Shown here piece by piece: positions 19,809 through 29,900 of a stretch of 64,000 nucleotides of DNA. The translations under genes were made by a program, and so were the position numbers. This DNA is from a virus. A model generated the notes under the pieces. The model ran no database searches. It worked only from the letters and a program-made list of their open reading frames with translations, and was not told where the DNA came from. The stretch is from the IMG/VR virus record IMGVR_UViG_3300027754_000063, positions 25,277-89,276 of that record; one strand, 5' to 3'. The first letter of the stretch is position 1. Each line of letters starts with the position of its first letter.

Positions 19809-21263
19809 GTGATACTATATAACGTTATGATAAAAGACCCCACAGAGTTCGAATTTTCTTCTAAAAAGCTAAAAATCGACTGTTCATGTGATTATTGTGG
19901 ACTTCCATTTCAAAGAACTATATCTAATCTTGAAAGATCCCACAAACATATAAAAAAAGATTCTTGTGGCAAAAAAGAGTGTGTACAGAAGAAGAAAAAA
20001 GAAGTATTTAATTTGAAATATGGCTGTGATAATCCATTTCAATCACAAGAGATAAAACAGAAAATAGCAGATTCTAATCTGCAAAAATATGGTGTTGTTA
20101 ATCCTACACAAAATGAAGAAATAAGAAAAAAACAAAAGAGTACATGTTTAGAAAAATATGGAGTTGAGAATCCTTTTCAGTCACAAGAAATAAAGGACAA
20201 AATAAAGAGGCAGAATATTAATTTGTATGGTGTTGAGAATAGTTTTCAAAGAAAAGAAGTTCAAGAAAAACAAAGGAATACCATACAGAGAAACTATAAA
20301 GTTAGTCATTATTCAAAGACTCAGGAATGTAGAAGTAAAGTAGTCGCCACCAACATAGAAAAATATGGCTCACCTTTTCCAAATCATAAATATGGCAAAA
20401 CACAAGATGAAATAAAAGAATGGCTTAATAGTTTTGGGTTTAATTTTTCATCTGACTATGAAATCTTAGAAAATAAAGAAATAGACCTTTTAGATAAAGA
20501 CAAGAAGGTGGGAATAGAATATTGTGGCTTATATTGGCACAACGATACATCACCAGAGCCTAGAGATCGTACGTATCATATTGGCAAGTATAAAAATTGT
20601 CTTAAGAAGGATGTACAGCTTTTAACTATATTTGAAGATGAGTGGAAATCGAGACAAGATCAGTGTAAGTCTCATATTAAGTCTATTTTGGGAATATACA
20701 ATAATAAGGTTTTTGCTAGAAAGTGTAAGGTTGTAGAAATTTCAAAAGAAGAGGCGAGACGGTTTTTTGATTCTTATCATATACAGGGATCTAATAGTCT
20801 TGGATTGGTATTTTTTGGTTTATTTTTTCAAGATGAGTTGTGTGCTGTTATGAGTTTAGGAAGGCATACTAGAAAAACAGATATTTCTAAAAAAGAAATA
20901 ACATTAGATCGTCTTTGTTTCAAGGACGGTTTTAATGTTGTTGGTGGAGCAAGTAAGTTGTTCTGTCAGTGTTTAGAGTGGGCAAAAATCCATGGATATA
21001 AAAAAGTAATTAGCTTCAGTGATAACAGGTGGAGTTTAGGTCGTGTATATGAAAAAATGGGATTTATTTTAGACGAAGAATATGGTGCAGACTATAGTTA
21101 TGTAGAAATTAAAAATCCTAGAAAAAGACTGAGCAAGCAAAGTCAGAAGAAGTCAATTACTAATTGTCCTGCTGAATTAACTGAGCACACATGGGCGGTA
21201 CAGAGGGGCTTGGCAAGAATTTATGATTGTGGCAAGAAAAGGTGGACGTTTAATGTTGGATAG
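19809..21263 (+). CDS. Hef-like free-standing homing endonuclease
   Basis: Repeated KYGVENPFQS.EIK units, EIDL..GIEYCGLYWH nuclease core, IFEDEW, FARKC, GGASKL, IYDCG. Confidence 0.85.
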   Translation: MILYNVMIKDPTEFEFSSKKLKIDCSCDYCGLPFQRTISNLERSHKHIKKDSCGKKECVQKKKKEVFNLKYGCDNPFQSQEIKQKIADSNLQKYGVVNPTQNEEIRKKQKSTCLEKYGVENPFQSQEIKDKIKRQNINLYGVENSFQRKEVQEKQRNTIQRNYKVSHYSKTQECRSKVVATNIEKYGSPFPNHKYGKTQDEIKEWLNSFGFNFSSDYEILENKEIDLLDKDKKVGIEYCGLYWHNDTSPEPRDRTYHIGKYKNCLKKDVQLLTIFEDEWKSRQDQCKSHIKSILGIYNNKVFARKCKVVEISKEEARRFFDSYHIQGSNSLGLVFFGLFFQDELCAVMSLGRHTRKTDISKKEITLDRLCFKDGFNVVGGASKLFCQCLEWAKIHGYKKVISFSDNRWSLGRVYEKMGFILDEEYGADYSYVEIKNPRKRLSKQSQKKSITNCPAELTEHTWAVQRGLARIYDCGKKRWTFNVG

Positions 21264-21273
21264 ATTATTCGTA

Positions 21274-21726
21274 TCAGTTTAACTCCCAAACGACCATAGC
21301 AACATCTTGTTGAGTGGAGATAACTATCTTGGCATTTGGAAATTCTTGGGGAAAGTGTGTTGCGTATTTCATCCAAGAGAATTTTTTAAGAAAAACCCTA
21401 CAAACTAATTTGTTGCATCGCTTCAGCATCTTTTCTACTAATTGCATTCCCTCCAGATTTATAACTCCATCTCCAATTATAGCATCAGCATATTCTTCAA
21501 ATTCATTCCAATTTTTTTCGATTACTGGTTTCGATTGTTTTGTAGGATGCAATTCGACCATATAATCACAAAGTGGTTGCATGTCTTTAGTCATACCTAA
21601 AAGGCATACTGGGGAGCACCCTTTAACATACTTTTTATACAAACTAATTTCGTATTCGTTTGGACATAGGGGAGGGCTCAGATTATCCCAATACTCTGTA
21701 TTTTTTTCTATTTCCATATAATTCAA
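21274..21726 (-). CDS. Hypothetical protein, possible class I methyltransferase-like fold
   Basis: VCLLGMT and DAIIGDGVIN resemble degenerate SAM-MTase motifs. Confidence 0.5.
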   Translation of the reverse strand: MNYMEIEKNTEYWDNLSPPLCPNEYEISLYKKYVKGCSPVCLLGMTKDMQPLCDYMVELHPTKQSKPVIEKNWNEFEEYADAIIGDGVINLEGMQLVEKMLKRCNKLVCRVFLKKFSWMKYATHFPQEFPNAKIVISTQQDVAMVVWELN

Positions 21727-21733
21727 ATTTTAT

Positions 21734-23944
21734 TTAGAATAGTCTTTGATTACAAATAGTAACAGCAGGAACCCAAGCACCAGATCGACCACTACAGGTT
21801 CCTAGTGCTTGTAAAATCCTGCTGCATCGTGGATAGAAGATCTTCCATTTTCTGCATGAGCATGTTGACTTTTTTAAACAGCTAAATCCAGTTGATCCGC
21901 ATGGTTGCCCACAAGTCTCAACAATTACGGGTACGGTTGCGTTGATTGTATCTAAGAACTTTTGGGATAAGTCTGTGTACTCTTCTGTTGTAAAAAGAGT
22001 TCCATCTTTCTTAGAAACAGTTAAAGCATACAACTCTGTCTTACCGCTTATTCCTTCGACGGCATGGTCATCATATTCGGTTGATGTGTCATAGGAGTGA
22101 GTTATTCCTTCGCTAGTTCCGGGCACTATTATCAAGTGAGTAGGAGCGGTTTCATTATTCTCTGCTTCAACAGTTTTAACAAATACAGAGTATAGATTTC
22201 CTTTTGATGTTAATGAAAGAGCGTCCACGGCATAAGTGGTATCGCCATCTGCACCAATGTCTCCTGTTATAGAGAATTCATCAACATTTACGCTTGTAGC
22301 TACCAAAACAAACATTCCGGGATACATGTTTGTAAAGTAGCTGCTGCCAGCACCGAAGTAACTTGTCCCGTCTTCTACACTTCCGTCAGGATTACTAGGT
22401 ATATAAGCATATCCCATTGAATCTTCGGGATTGTCAGCAACGTCATTTGTCATTTGCGTGTGTGTTGATGGAATGGATAGATCGCTATTTCCCTCGCCAC
22501 CATCTATACTGCTATAAGGTTGTGTTAAATCAGTGTTATAATAATTAGCACCATCATACATATCAAAATTACTATCGCTGATTCCTGTTGTGCGAATCTT
22601 GAATGGACTACCGAAGCTTGCAACTCCTGATCCATTAAGTTTTGCATAATATCTCTTTGGTTGTATGAAATAGCCACCAACCCATATTTCACTAGATGAA
22701 ACAATATAAATATCATAAATACAGTTGTAATAACTACTATTATCGATTCCTTGTTGGTAAGTATTTGAATTATCATTGTAGAAATCTGTTGGATTTCCAA
22801 AAGATGAGTCTAAACTACCATTAATGTTTAATCTGCATATGTAGTTTCTTGTACTTTCGTTGTATGAGTTAAAGTCGCCAACAACAATTAGCTTGTCGTC
22901 TGATTGAACTTTAATTTGGGAAACGTATGGATAATAAAAACCATCATCATTATCTGGGTTGCTATAATATTGAAGTCCCGCTCCTGTTTGGGAGAAGGTA
23001 TTATCATAATTACCAATGGAATTTAATCTTGCAATAGAAATAGCAGCGTGAGAATCTACACCGCAAATGATAGTATCAAATACGCCTCCGATGATAATTT
23101 TATTATTGCTCTGCACTTCCACAGTTCTTAAAAAGCAGTCATAAGCTCCCGTTTGTATAACAGTGGGTGCTGTGAAACTTCCATCAGTTGTTCCGTTATC
23201 GTTTAGTTTGGCTATAAAACCTGTGTTGTTACTTTTTCCGCCTACTACAATAATTTTTGCTGATGAATCAATAGCAATATCATAAATAGCAGAAACATCA
23301 AAATTGCTTCCTAAAACATTGTTGGTAAATGTTTCATCTAGAGTACCGTCGCTGTTTAGTTTAATTAGTCTTGTATGGTCTGAGTCTACGCTATAATCAA
23401 ATCTGCCGCAAACTAAGATTGAGTCGTCCGAAAGAACAACAACTTTATTTACAACATGGTCTGCACCACTATTAATTATGTTGTTTAGGTTGGTGTCAAA
23501 AGTTGAATCAAAAGTTCCATCTGCATTTAATCTTGCAAGTCCCCAGTTCTGTCCTGGCGTCAGATCAACCCAGCCAGCACCAGAATTATACTGCTGAATC
23601 ACTCCACCGACTATAATTTTACCAGTTGATTGAATGCCTAGCGTGTAAACACTTAGGTCAAATTTGGTTTTTGTAAAGCTTTCATCCGTTACGTTTGAAC
23701 TGCTTACTTTGGTGACATAGCTAAAACAACAGCCACCATCAAGTTGTATGTCTAAAAAACCTTCTCCTGCGAGAATCATGTCGCCACTAGTGTGTTTGGC
23801 TACAGCCATAACTTCTTGGCCATTACAGTCGCAGCCTAGGGTCGTAGATCTATCGTCTGTAAAGTAGAATAAATCATTTACTGTATTGGTGATTTGCTCA
23901 TGGCTGGTGTTTAATTTGGATAGAACGTAATTAATATTTGTCAA
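21734..23944 (-). CDS. Delta-60-repeat beta-propeller protein, probably virion-associated
   Basis: Repeated QSxxKIIVGG...ARLNADGTxDxTF units; TTG start after AAGGAGG; Cys-rich C-terminus. Confidence 0.85.
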   Translation of the reverse strand: MTNINYVLSKLNTSHEQITNTVNDLFYFTDDRSTTLGCDCNGQEVMAVAKHTSGDMILAGEGFLDIQLDGGCCFSYVTKVSSSNVTDESFTKTKFDLSVYTLGIQSTGKIIVGGVIQQYNSGAGWVDLTPGQNWGLARLNADGTFDSTFDTNLNNIINSGADHVVNKVVVLSDDSILVCGRFDYSVDSDHTRLIKLNSDGTLDETFTNNVLGSNFDVSAIYDIAIDSSAKIIVVGGKSNNTGFIAKLNDNGTTDGSFTAPTVIQTGAYDCFLRTVEVQSNNKIIIGGVFDTIICGVDSHAAISIARLNSIGNYDNTFSQTGAGLQYYSNPDNDDGFYYPYVSQIKVQSDDKLIVVGDFNSYNESTRNYICRLNINGSLDSSFGNPTDFYNDNSNTYQQGIDNSSYYNCIYDIYIVSSSEIWVGGYFIQPKRYYAKLNGSGVASFGSPFKIRTTGISDSNFDMYDGANYYNTDLTQPYSSIDGGEGNSDLSIPSTHTQMTNDVADNPEDSMGYAYIPSNPDGSVEDGTSYFGAGSSYFTNMYPGMFVLVATSVNVDEFSITGDIGADGDTTYAVDALSLTSKGNLYSVFVKTVEAENNETAPTHLIIVPGTSEGITHSYDTSTEYDDHAVEGISGKTELYALTVSKKDGTLFTTEEYTDLSQKFLDTINATVPVIVETCGQPCGSTGFSCLKKSTCSCRKWKIFYPRCSRILQALGTCSGRSGAWVPAVTICNQRLF

Positions 23945-24035
23945 ACTGCCCTCCTTGAGTTAATCACATGTATCTTATATATATTTTGTGTATAAATTTT
24001 TTTTAAAAAATTTTACCAATTGAGTATTATAAAAT

Positions 24036-25085
24036 ATGTTTAATAGTAATAAAATTATTGAAAAAGTACAACTTCTTTTAGAAGTATTTGAAGATTCACA
24101 ATGGAATCATGTTGTCAATTTCGATTATGTTTCTGATTTTAAAGTCATGACTAGGAGCGACCTTCAGACTTTGAAAATGAAAAGATATTTATGTTCTACT
24201 AGAACATCTGGATCTACTGGTGAGCCTATTACTATAGAAAAAACTATCCTTGATCATATTTGGTATGTTGCTACAAATATAAGAGAAATTAGATGGAGAA
24301 AGTGGGACGCAACAAAGAATATAGCTATAATAAAACCTGGTCATAAAAAACAAGATAAAAATTCTTGGGGCATTCCTAATATTATCAATAAAGAACAAGG
24401 CAAGTCATTTATAAATGGTTACGCCACTATAGCAGAACTTCAATGTTGGCTAGAAGAAAAAAACCCTCATTACCTGCATTGTGCTCCATCTATACTAACT
24501 CAACTAGACTTGTCTAAGATGCCTAATTTCATAGACCACAAAGGCACAGGAGAGGCCGGTGGTTCAATGTATTCTAGTGAAGAGTGTGGGACTATATCTA
24601 TAAGATGTCCTGACAATTCTGATTTCCACCATGTTATGGAAAATCAAATAGTAGAGGTAGATTATGATGGCGGGATAATCATAACTACTACTACTAACCC
24701 TTACATTAAAAGATACAAGCATGGTGATCACATAGAACTTGGTGAGTGCACATGTGGTAGAAAACTACAGGCTATTAAGAAAATTAATGGAAGAATAAGA
24801 AACATGTTTATTCTTCCAAATGGCGATAAAAAATGGCCTCTTTTTGGTTCTAGAGATTATTATGAAGTATTCGGAATTAAAAGGTATAAGATAGTTCAGA
24901 CTACTTTAAATGATTTAGAAGCTCAGATAATTTCGGAACCTTTAGGAGACAAAGAGGAAGCATTTATTAGGCTAATTAAAGATACATTAAATTCGCCAAT
25001 AAACGTAAAAATCAAGTATGTAAATGAATTTCCAATGTATAAATTTGAAGAATTTGTTTCTTTGGTGGATATATCTTCATCGTAA
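24036..25085 (+). CDS. Phenylacetate-CoA ligase/CapK-like adenylate-forming enzyme
   Basis: TSGSTGEP P-loop, YSSEECG, RYKHGD, CTCGR, INGR. Confidence 0.85.
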   Translation: MFNSNKIIEKVQLLLEVFEDSQWNHVVNFDYVSDFKVMTRSDLQTLKMKRYLCSTRTSGSTGEPITIEKTILDHIWYVATNIREIRWRKWDATKNIAIIKPGHKKQDKNSWGIPNIINKEQGKSFINGYATIAELQCWLEEKNPHYLHCAPSILTQLDLSKMPNFIDHKGTGEAGGSMYSSEECGTISIRCPDNSDFHHVMENQIVEVDYDGGIIITTTTNPYIKRYKHGDHIELGECTCGRKLQAIKKINGRIRNMFILPNGDKKWPLFGSRDYYEVFGIKRYKIVQTTLNDLEAQIISEPLGDKEEAFIRLIKDTLNSPINVKIKYVNEFPMYKFEEFVSLVDISSS

Positions 25086-25108
25086 CATGATGGATCGCTG
25101 TATTTAAA

Positions 25109-25195
25109 TCAAAACATGGTTGTTCCTAAAACATATCCAACAACAAAAAATGCAATAATAATGAAAATTGCAGTTATTTCTTTTCTGTGCTTCAT
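25109..25195 (-). CDS. Possible 28-aa single-pass membrane peptide
   Basis: MKHRKEITAIFIIIAFFVVGYVLGTTMF directly downstream of ORF 25204-25881. Confidence 0.4.
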   Translation of the reverse strand: MKHRKEITAIFIIIAFFVVGYVLGTTMF

Positions 25196-25203
25196 ATTAT
25201 AGT

Positions 25204-25881
25204 TTAGAAAAAATTAAATAAATCTATTTTTCCATCCTTTACAACAAGATAATTACAGGGAATTTCAGTCCAACTTCCACTATTATAGTAACCTGTGTGC
25301 GGTTTTGCGTCTGCATAATGCACATGACCACAACAAACCATATCGCAGCCAATTTTTCTCATATAATCAGTTGATTTTTTCTCTATAATTTCTGCATTTC
25401 TTAAAAAAGTTTTGCTACTTTTCTTGGCAAGTTTAGCCAAATAAAAACTCTTATCTATTTTTTGAATAAACTTGTATATTTTATCTGCAAAATATACTAA
25501 TATTGGTCTGTCTATTATAACGCTATCGAATCTATCGCCGTGTAAAGCCAAAATTTTCTTGCCACCGCTCTCAAAAACATATTCCTCTAAAAAATCTATT
25601 CCTAATAGATGTGAAAGAACTTCAGCAGGACCATCATGATTGCCCAAAATTAAAACAACCTTAATATGATCGGACATACTTCTTATGAGCGAAAGAACTT
25701 TCCAGTGATGTTTCTTTAAACGACGAAAATCCATATTATCAAAAAAATCACCGTTCAAAATAATACACTTTGTTGAGTTTTCTTTTTCAATTTTTTCTAA
25801 AAAAGTAGTTAGTAATTTTGCTTGACTAACATCACTACCCAAATGAATATCGCTTATTATGATAGCATCAGCATTTTCCAT
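25204..25881 (-). CDS. Calcineurin-like metallophosphoesterase (LpxH/UDP-2,3-diacylglucosamine hydrolase-like)
   Basis: SDIHLG, LNGDFFD, LGNHD, HGDRFD, CGHVH, YNSGSW. Confidence 0.9.
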   Translation of the reverse strand: MENADAIIISDIHLGSDVSQAKLLTTFLEKIEKENSTKCIILNGDFFDNMDFRRLKKHHWKVLSLIRSMSDHIKVVLILGNHDGPAEVLSHLLGIDFLEEYVFESGGKKILALHGDRFDSVIIDRPILVYFADKIYKFIQKIDKSFYLAKLAKKSSKTFLRNAEIIEKKSTDYMRKIGCDMVCCGHVHYADAKPHTGYYNSGSWTEIPCNYLVVKDGKIDLFNFF

Positions 25882-25926
25882 GATATTATTTATTATAATG
25901 ATTTAATTATTATAATGATATTCGTA

Positions 25927-26100
25927 TCAGTTTTTCTTCAAAGAAGCGTTCTTTTTCTTTTTTATAGATTTTTTCCCACAATTTAAATCAGAAAGTGCAC
26001 CCCAAATTTGAAAATTAGCATTACTTCTATCTTTGCAACCTACTATGGCATCACCGCCTGCGTTCTCTTTAATTTTTAACCAATTATAAAATGTTTTCAT
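25927..26100 (-). CDS. 57-aa protein with capsid-targeting-like leader
   Basis: Hand translation MKTFYNWLKIKENAGGDAIVGC...KKN; below the ORF-track cutoff. Confidence 0.6.
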   Translation of the reverse strand: MKTFYNWLKIKENAGGDAIVGCKDRSNANFQIWGALSDLNCGKKSIKKKKNASLKKN

Positions 26101-26120
26101 GATATATTAATGCTGGAAGC

Positions 26121-26158
26121 GAAAGAAAAAAGCCCTTAATTCTTCAATTAAGGGCTTT
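26121..26158 (-). terminator. Rho-independent terminator (copy 1)
   Basis: AAAGCCCTTAATT...AATTAAGGGCTTT hairpin with T run on the minus strand. Confidence 0.85.
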
Positions 26159-26183
26159 AAAAATGTTTAATTTTTTCTAATTA

Positions 26184-26891
26184 TTATGATACGGCTGCAC
26201 TGAACGGAGTAACCTCGGTGGCAGTCTGAGTAAGAACAGCTTTTACATGGAATAATCCGGCGGCAATGTCGAGTATTTCAACATAATTTCCTCTTCTACC
26301 ACCTTTGGTAGAGCCATCCATAGTAATCGTATCATCGGTTCCACCTGCAATCCACATATCGATTGCTGTAGGCGTACCAGTCAGTGGTGTCTCGTCATCT
26401 GAACCAAAAGCAACTCCGGTCATTACGTCAGTAGCATTAGCGACCTGAACTACGTATGTACCAGGACTTACAACAAGAGTATCTACATAAAACTTATAAT
26501 TATTACCAGATCCAGATGCGGCTGGAAGCGTTGCAACAACGCCTGCGGCTCTTGTTAAAACGAGCGGCACATTAGCATGTGTGGCGGCTGTAAGCGTCAC
26601 AGTCGCTGTATTTAGAACCACAGGGGCTTTTGATAGAGCGGTATTTGCTATCTTCGCCTGCGTAACGGCTAAAGCATCTAATTTAGCAGTTGTAACGGCT
26701 AGAGCATCTAATTTAGCAGTTGTAACGGCTAGAGCGGCTAATTCGGCGGTTGAAATCGCTGAATCTGCGACGTCTACATTTACAACAGCATCTGTTGCCA
26801 AATTAACTGTTTTAACGACACCATTTAATATTCTTGGTTTTAGTAGCTCGACAGAGCCAGGACCAGTACCTTCAGTTGTTTGTGTTGACAT
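26184..26891 (-). CDS. Virion structural (decoration/fibre-like) protein, paralogue 1
   Basis: MSTQTTEGTGPGS start, AVTTAKL repeats, Ala/Thr/Val-rich; close paralogue at 37446-37997. Confidence 0.75.
   Translation of the reverse strand: MSTQTTEGTGPGSVELLKPRILNGVVKTVNLATDAVVNVDVADSAISTAELAALAVTTAKLDALAVTTAKLDALAVTQAKIANTALSKAPVVLNTATVTLTAATHANVPLVLTRAAGVVATLPAASGSGNNYKFYVDTLVVSPGTYVVQVANATDVMTGVAFGSDDETPLTGTPTAIDMWIAGGTDDTITMDGSTKGGRRGNYVEILDIAAGLFHVKAVLTQTATEVTPFSAAVS
26662..26735 (-). repeat. 30-nt tandem repeat (~2.5 copies) encoding ALAVTTAKLD
   Basis: gtaacggctagagcatctaatttagcagtt repeated. Confidence 0.9.
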
Positions 26892-26995
26892 TTTAAAATC
26901 CTTTCAAAGAAATACCTAGTACATTATATATTATTTTATAAATAAAATTTAAAATTTGTTATCAGAATTTCTTTGAATTTCGCAGAAATCTGTAG

Positions 26996-29900
26996 TTAAG
27001 GAATAGACCAAGTATTGTTTTGAACATTAAAAGTTCCTTCTTGAACATAATATCCTGCTGGAGGCGTGTTGGATGCAGTTGCATAGTTAAAATAACCTCT
27101 ATTATATCTCATTTCGTCTCCACCAACTCCGTTTTTGTAATAAGCTGCTTTATACCATTCATTTTCTGTAGGAATCCAGCAATCGCTCATAACTTCAATA
27201 GACATTTCTCCATAATACGAAGTATTTGGGAAAATATACGAACCAGTTTCTGTGTCAGCATGAAAAGTTATACTAACTGTTCCGCTTGCAGTAGCAGGTG
27301 CCGACATAATAATTGTTGCATCCTCATAATCTGGTATGTCTATAACAGAGGCACCGGTATCTATTCCCGTTCCAGTCATTAGCATTCCAATACAAACATC
27401 AAGAACACCAGGATCTGTATCCGCTGTAAAAATTACAGAGCTGCTCCCGTTTGTTGTGGTGCCTGTCAGAACTATCGTGTAAACGGCGGGAGTTTGTGCA
27501 CCATTGTGAATCCAATTGCAGTACCGTGCTGCTGCATGCCATTTCGTTGCTATCGGTTTTTTGTGCATTCCGCTTCTAATTTGCAAAATATCCAGTGTAG
27601 AATCAAAATATATTCCTAACCATTGACCGGATAAGTTTGGATTTGCACCTTCTTGATCTTGAATAAGATCTAGGTCTACTATGCGTTGCATGCTGCCGTC
27701 TATTACATTAGCCTGTAAAAAAAGCATATATTGTTCTACAGTTATATTCAAAGCACTAATATAAAAATCATAATGTACATTACCACAATTCTTTTTAAGT
27801 GCTTTTGTGGATAACAAGCCATCTCCGAACCTGCTTTCCACCACATCAGCATTGTTACCTGCTTCATCAATGTCAATTAGATTTACTAATTTAAGCGATG
27901 CGTTTCCATCATAAAAATCTTTGTGAAAACTTGCAATTCTAAATGTTGAAAGGTTTTCTATATCCCATGATATTTCATGTTTATTGGTAGATCGAAAAAC
28001 TTTAGTTCTTTTATCTGGTCTGTTGTCTTCAATTTCATATAAAGATCGTTTATTAGGAAATAAAGTTCTTCCTCCTGTGAGACCTACTCCTCTTACAATG
28101 TATTCTGCATCTTGTTCTAACTGTTCTGGAGCATCGAAAGAATCTTCTACGTAAACAGCACTGCTAGATATACGAACATCATCAATATATCCATTAAAAA
28201 CTTCGGCTAAATTGTGTCGACCGGCACCAATAGTAAGGTCGTGTGTGGCTGGAGAATCTGGATCCGTTATTACCGTGTTGTTGAAGAATTCGTATACATT
28301 TACACCATTCGCATATATGCGGTAATTGTTAGTATTTTCATCTACAAGCCAAGCATTATTTCTTACTAATGCAAGGTGCGTCCATGATCCAACGGGAGCA
28401 TGAACCTCAGCGTTCCAATCATAATGCAGAACGCTTGTTCCTGTTATTTCTGCATAACCAGACGTACTACAACCATCACTATCGTTGAAGTGTGCGGATT
28501 GTGCAACTGTAAAAGCCGTATCCGTAACAGTAAGTATTGTATAGGTTATTGTAACATCGTGTAGACAAGCGGTACACTGTGCATATTTAAGCCTTGTTAT
28601 TGTAACGCTACCACCAACTGAAAATCCGTGGGAGCGTTCAGCGATAGGATCAGCAAAGCCTCCAATTTCACTTGTATCTCCTACATACGTGATTGTAATC
28701 GTAGCACCACTTCTATTATAAGATCCCGTAAATGATTTATTCCCACTGATATATAAAGAATCTGAATTGCTCCCGTGTCTCCAAAGGATACCATCGTTAT
28801 ACTCTCCTACACTGAACAAGCCTCCTACTAAAGTTTGAGATGTTGGGTAAACCCATGCTTCTAAAGTAAAGTCTCCTATTCCAAAATCAAAAACTTCGTT
28901 TGCCGCGATATACGCAAAATTGCCAGAACAAGCCATAGCAGATGCACCAAATTTCTTTTCAGCACTAGTTGTAATACTTATTGGACTGCCAATTGATCCG
29001 TTGTATCCCAATACTTCCAAACCAAAATAACTGTTATCCGTTAATTCGTCCTCGAAATTTAGAATTAATATGGCATTTACACCTTCCCATGTGCTTGTAA
29101 GTTCTCTACCGTTTCCACCTTGATCGAATGTGCCATAAGCACTCGTGCTTTTTATTGTGCCAACATCCAGTATAACACCTCCAGAGCTATGGCTATAGCC
29201 GCTGCCGCCGTTTGTAACAGTTACAGCGGTTATAACGCCGTTGCTTGTGTTTATTATACCCGTAGCACCTGAACCATTTGAAGCTGTGAAAATAATTTTT
29301 GATCCATTTCCATACCCTGTGCCTCCTTTAGGATCATATTTCCCGAACCCTACAACATTAACGCCGCTGATGGATGTACTAGGTTCTGGGCTTACAACTA
29401 CAAAGAATTCTGCTCCTACACCGTCAACCACAGATGCTGTAATGTACCCAGAAACTTCAGGATCGTTAGTAGAGATGTAGCCACTGCCGCCATTTGTAAT
29501 ATTTACGCTAGTAACAATACCAGAAGAAGTAACAATTGTTGCTGTGGCTCCAGAACCATTTGAAGTTGTAAAAGAAATGTTTGATCCACTTCCATAATCT
29601 GCACCTCCTCTGATAATGCCTACGCCTGTTATCGCACCAGAAGATACTGTTATATTTCCAAACACAACTCCAGAACCGCTTTTAACATAAGCTTGAACAG
29701 GATCTTCGGGTTGAGTATTATTTTCTGTTGAATCTCCATGCGTAAATTGATCTTCTTTAACATCAACATTAAAATGAAAGGTAGAGCAGTTGTCAGCACA
29801 CCTTGGATCTGCTTGTGTTTCTATCATGAGTCGAATAGTTTTTGTTTCAAAAGGTAGAGCTATTACATACCCTTCTTCTTCTTGCGATCCAGTCCAAACC

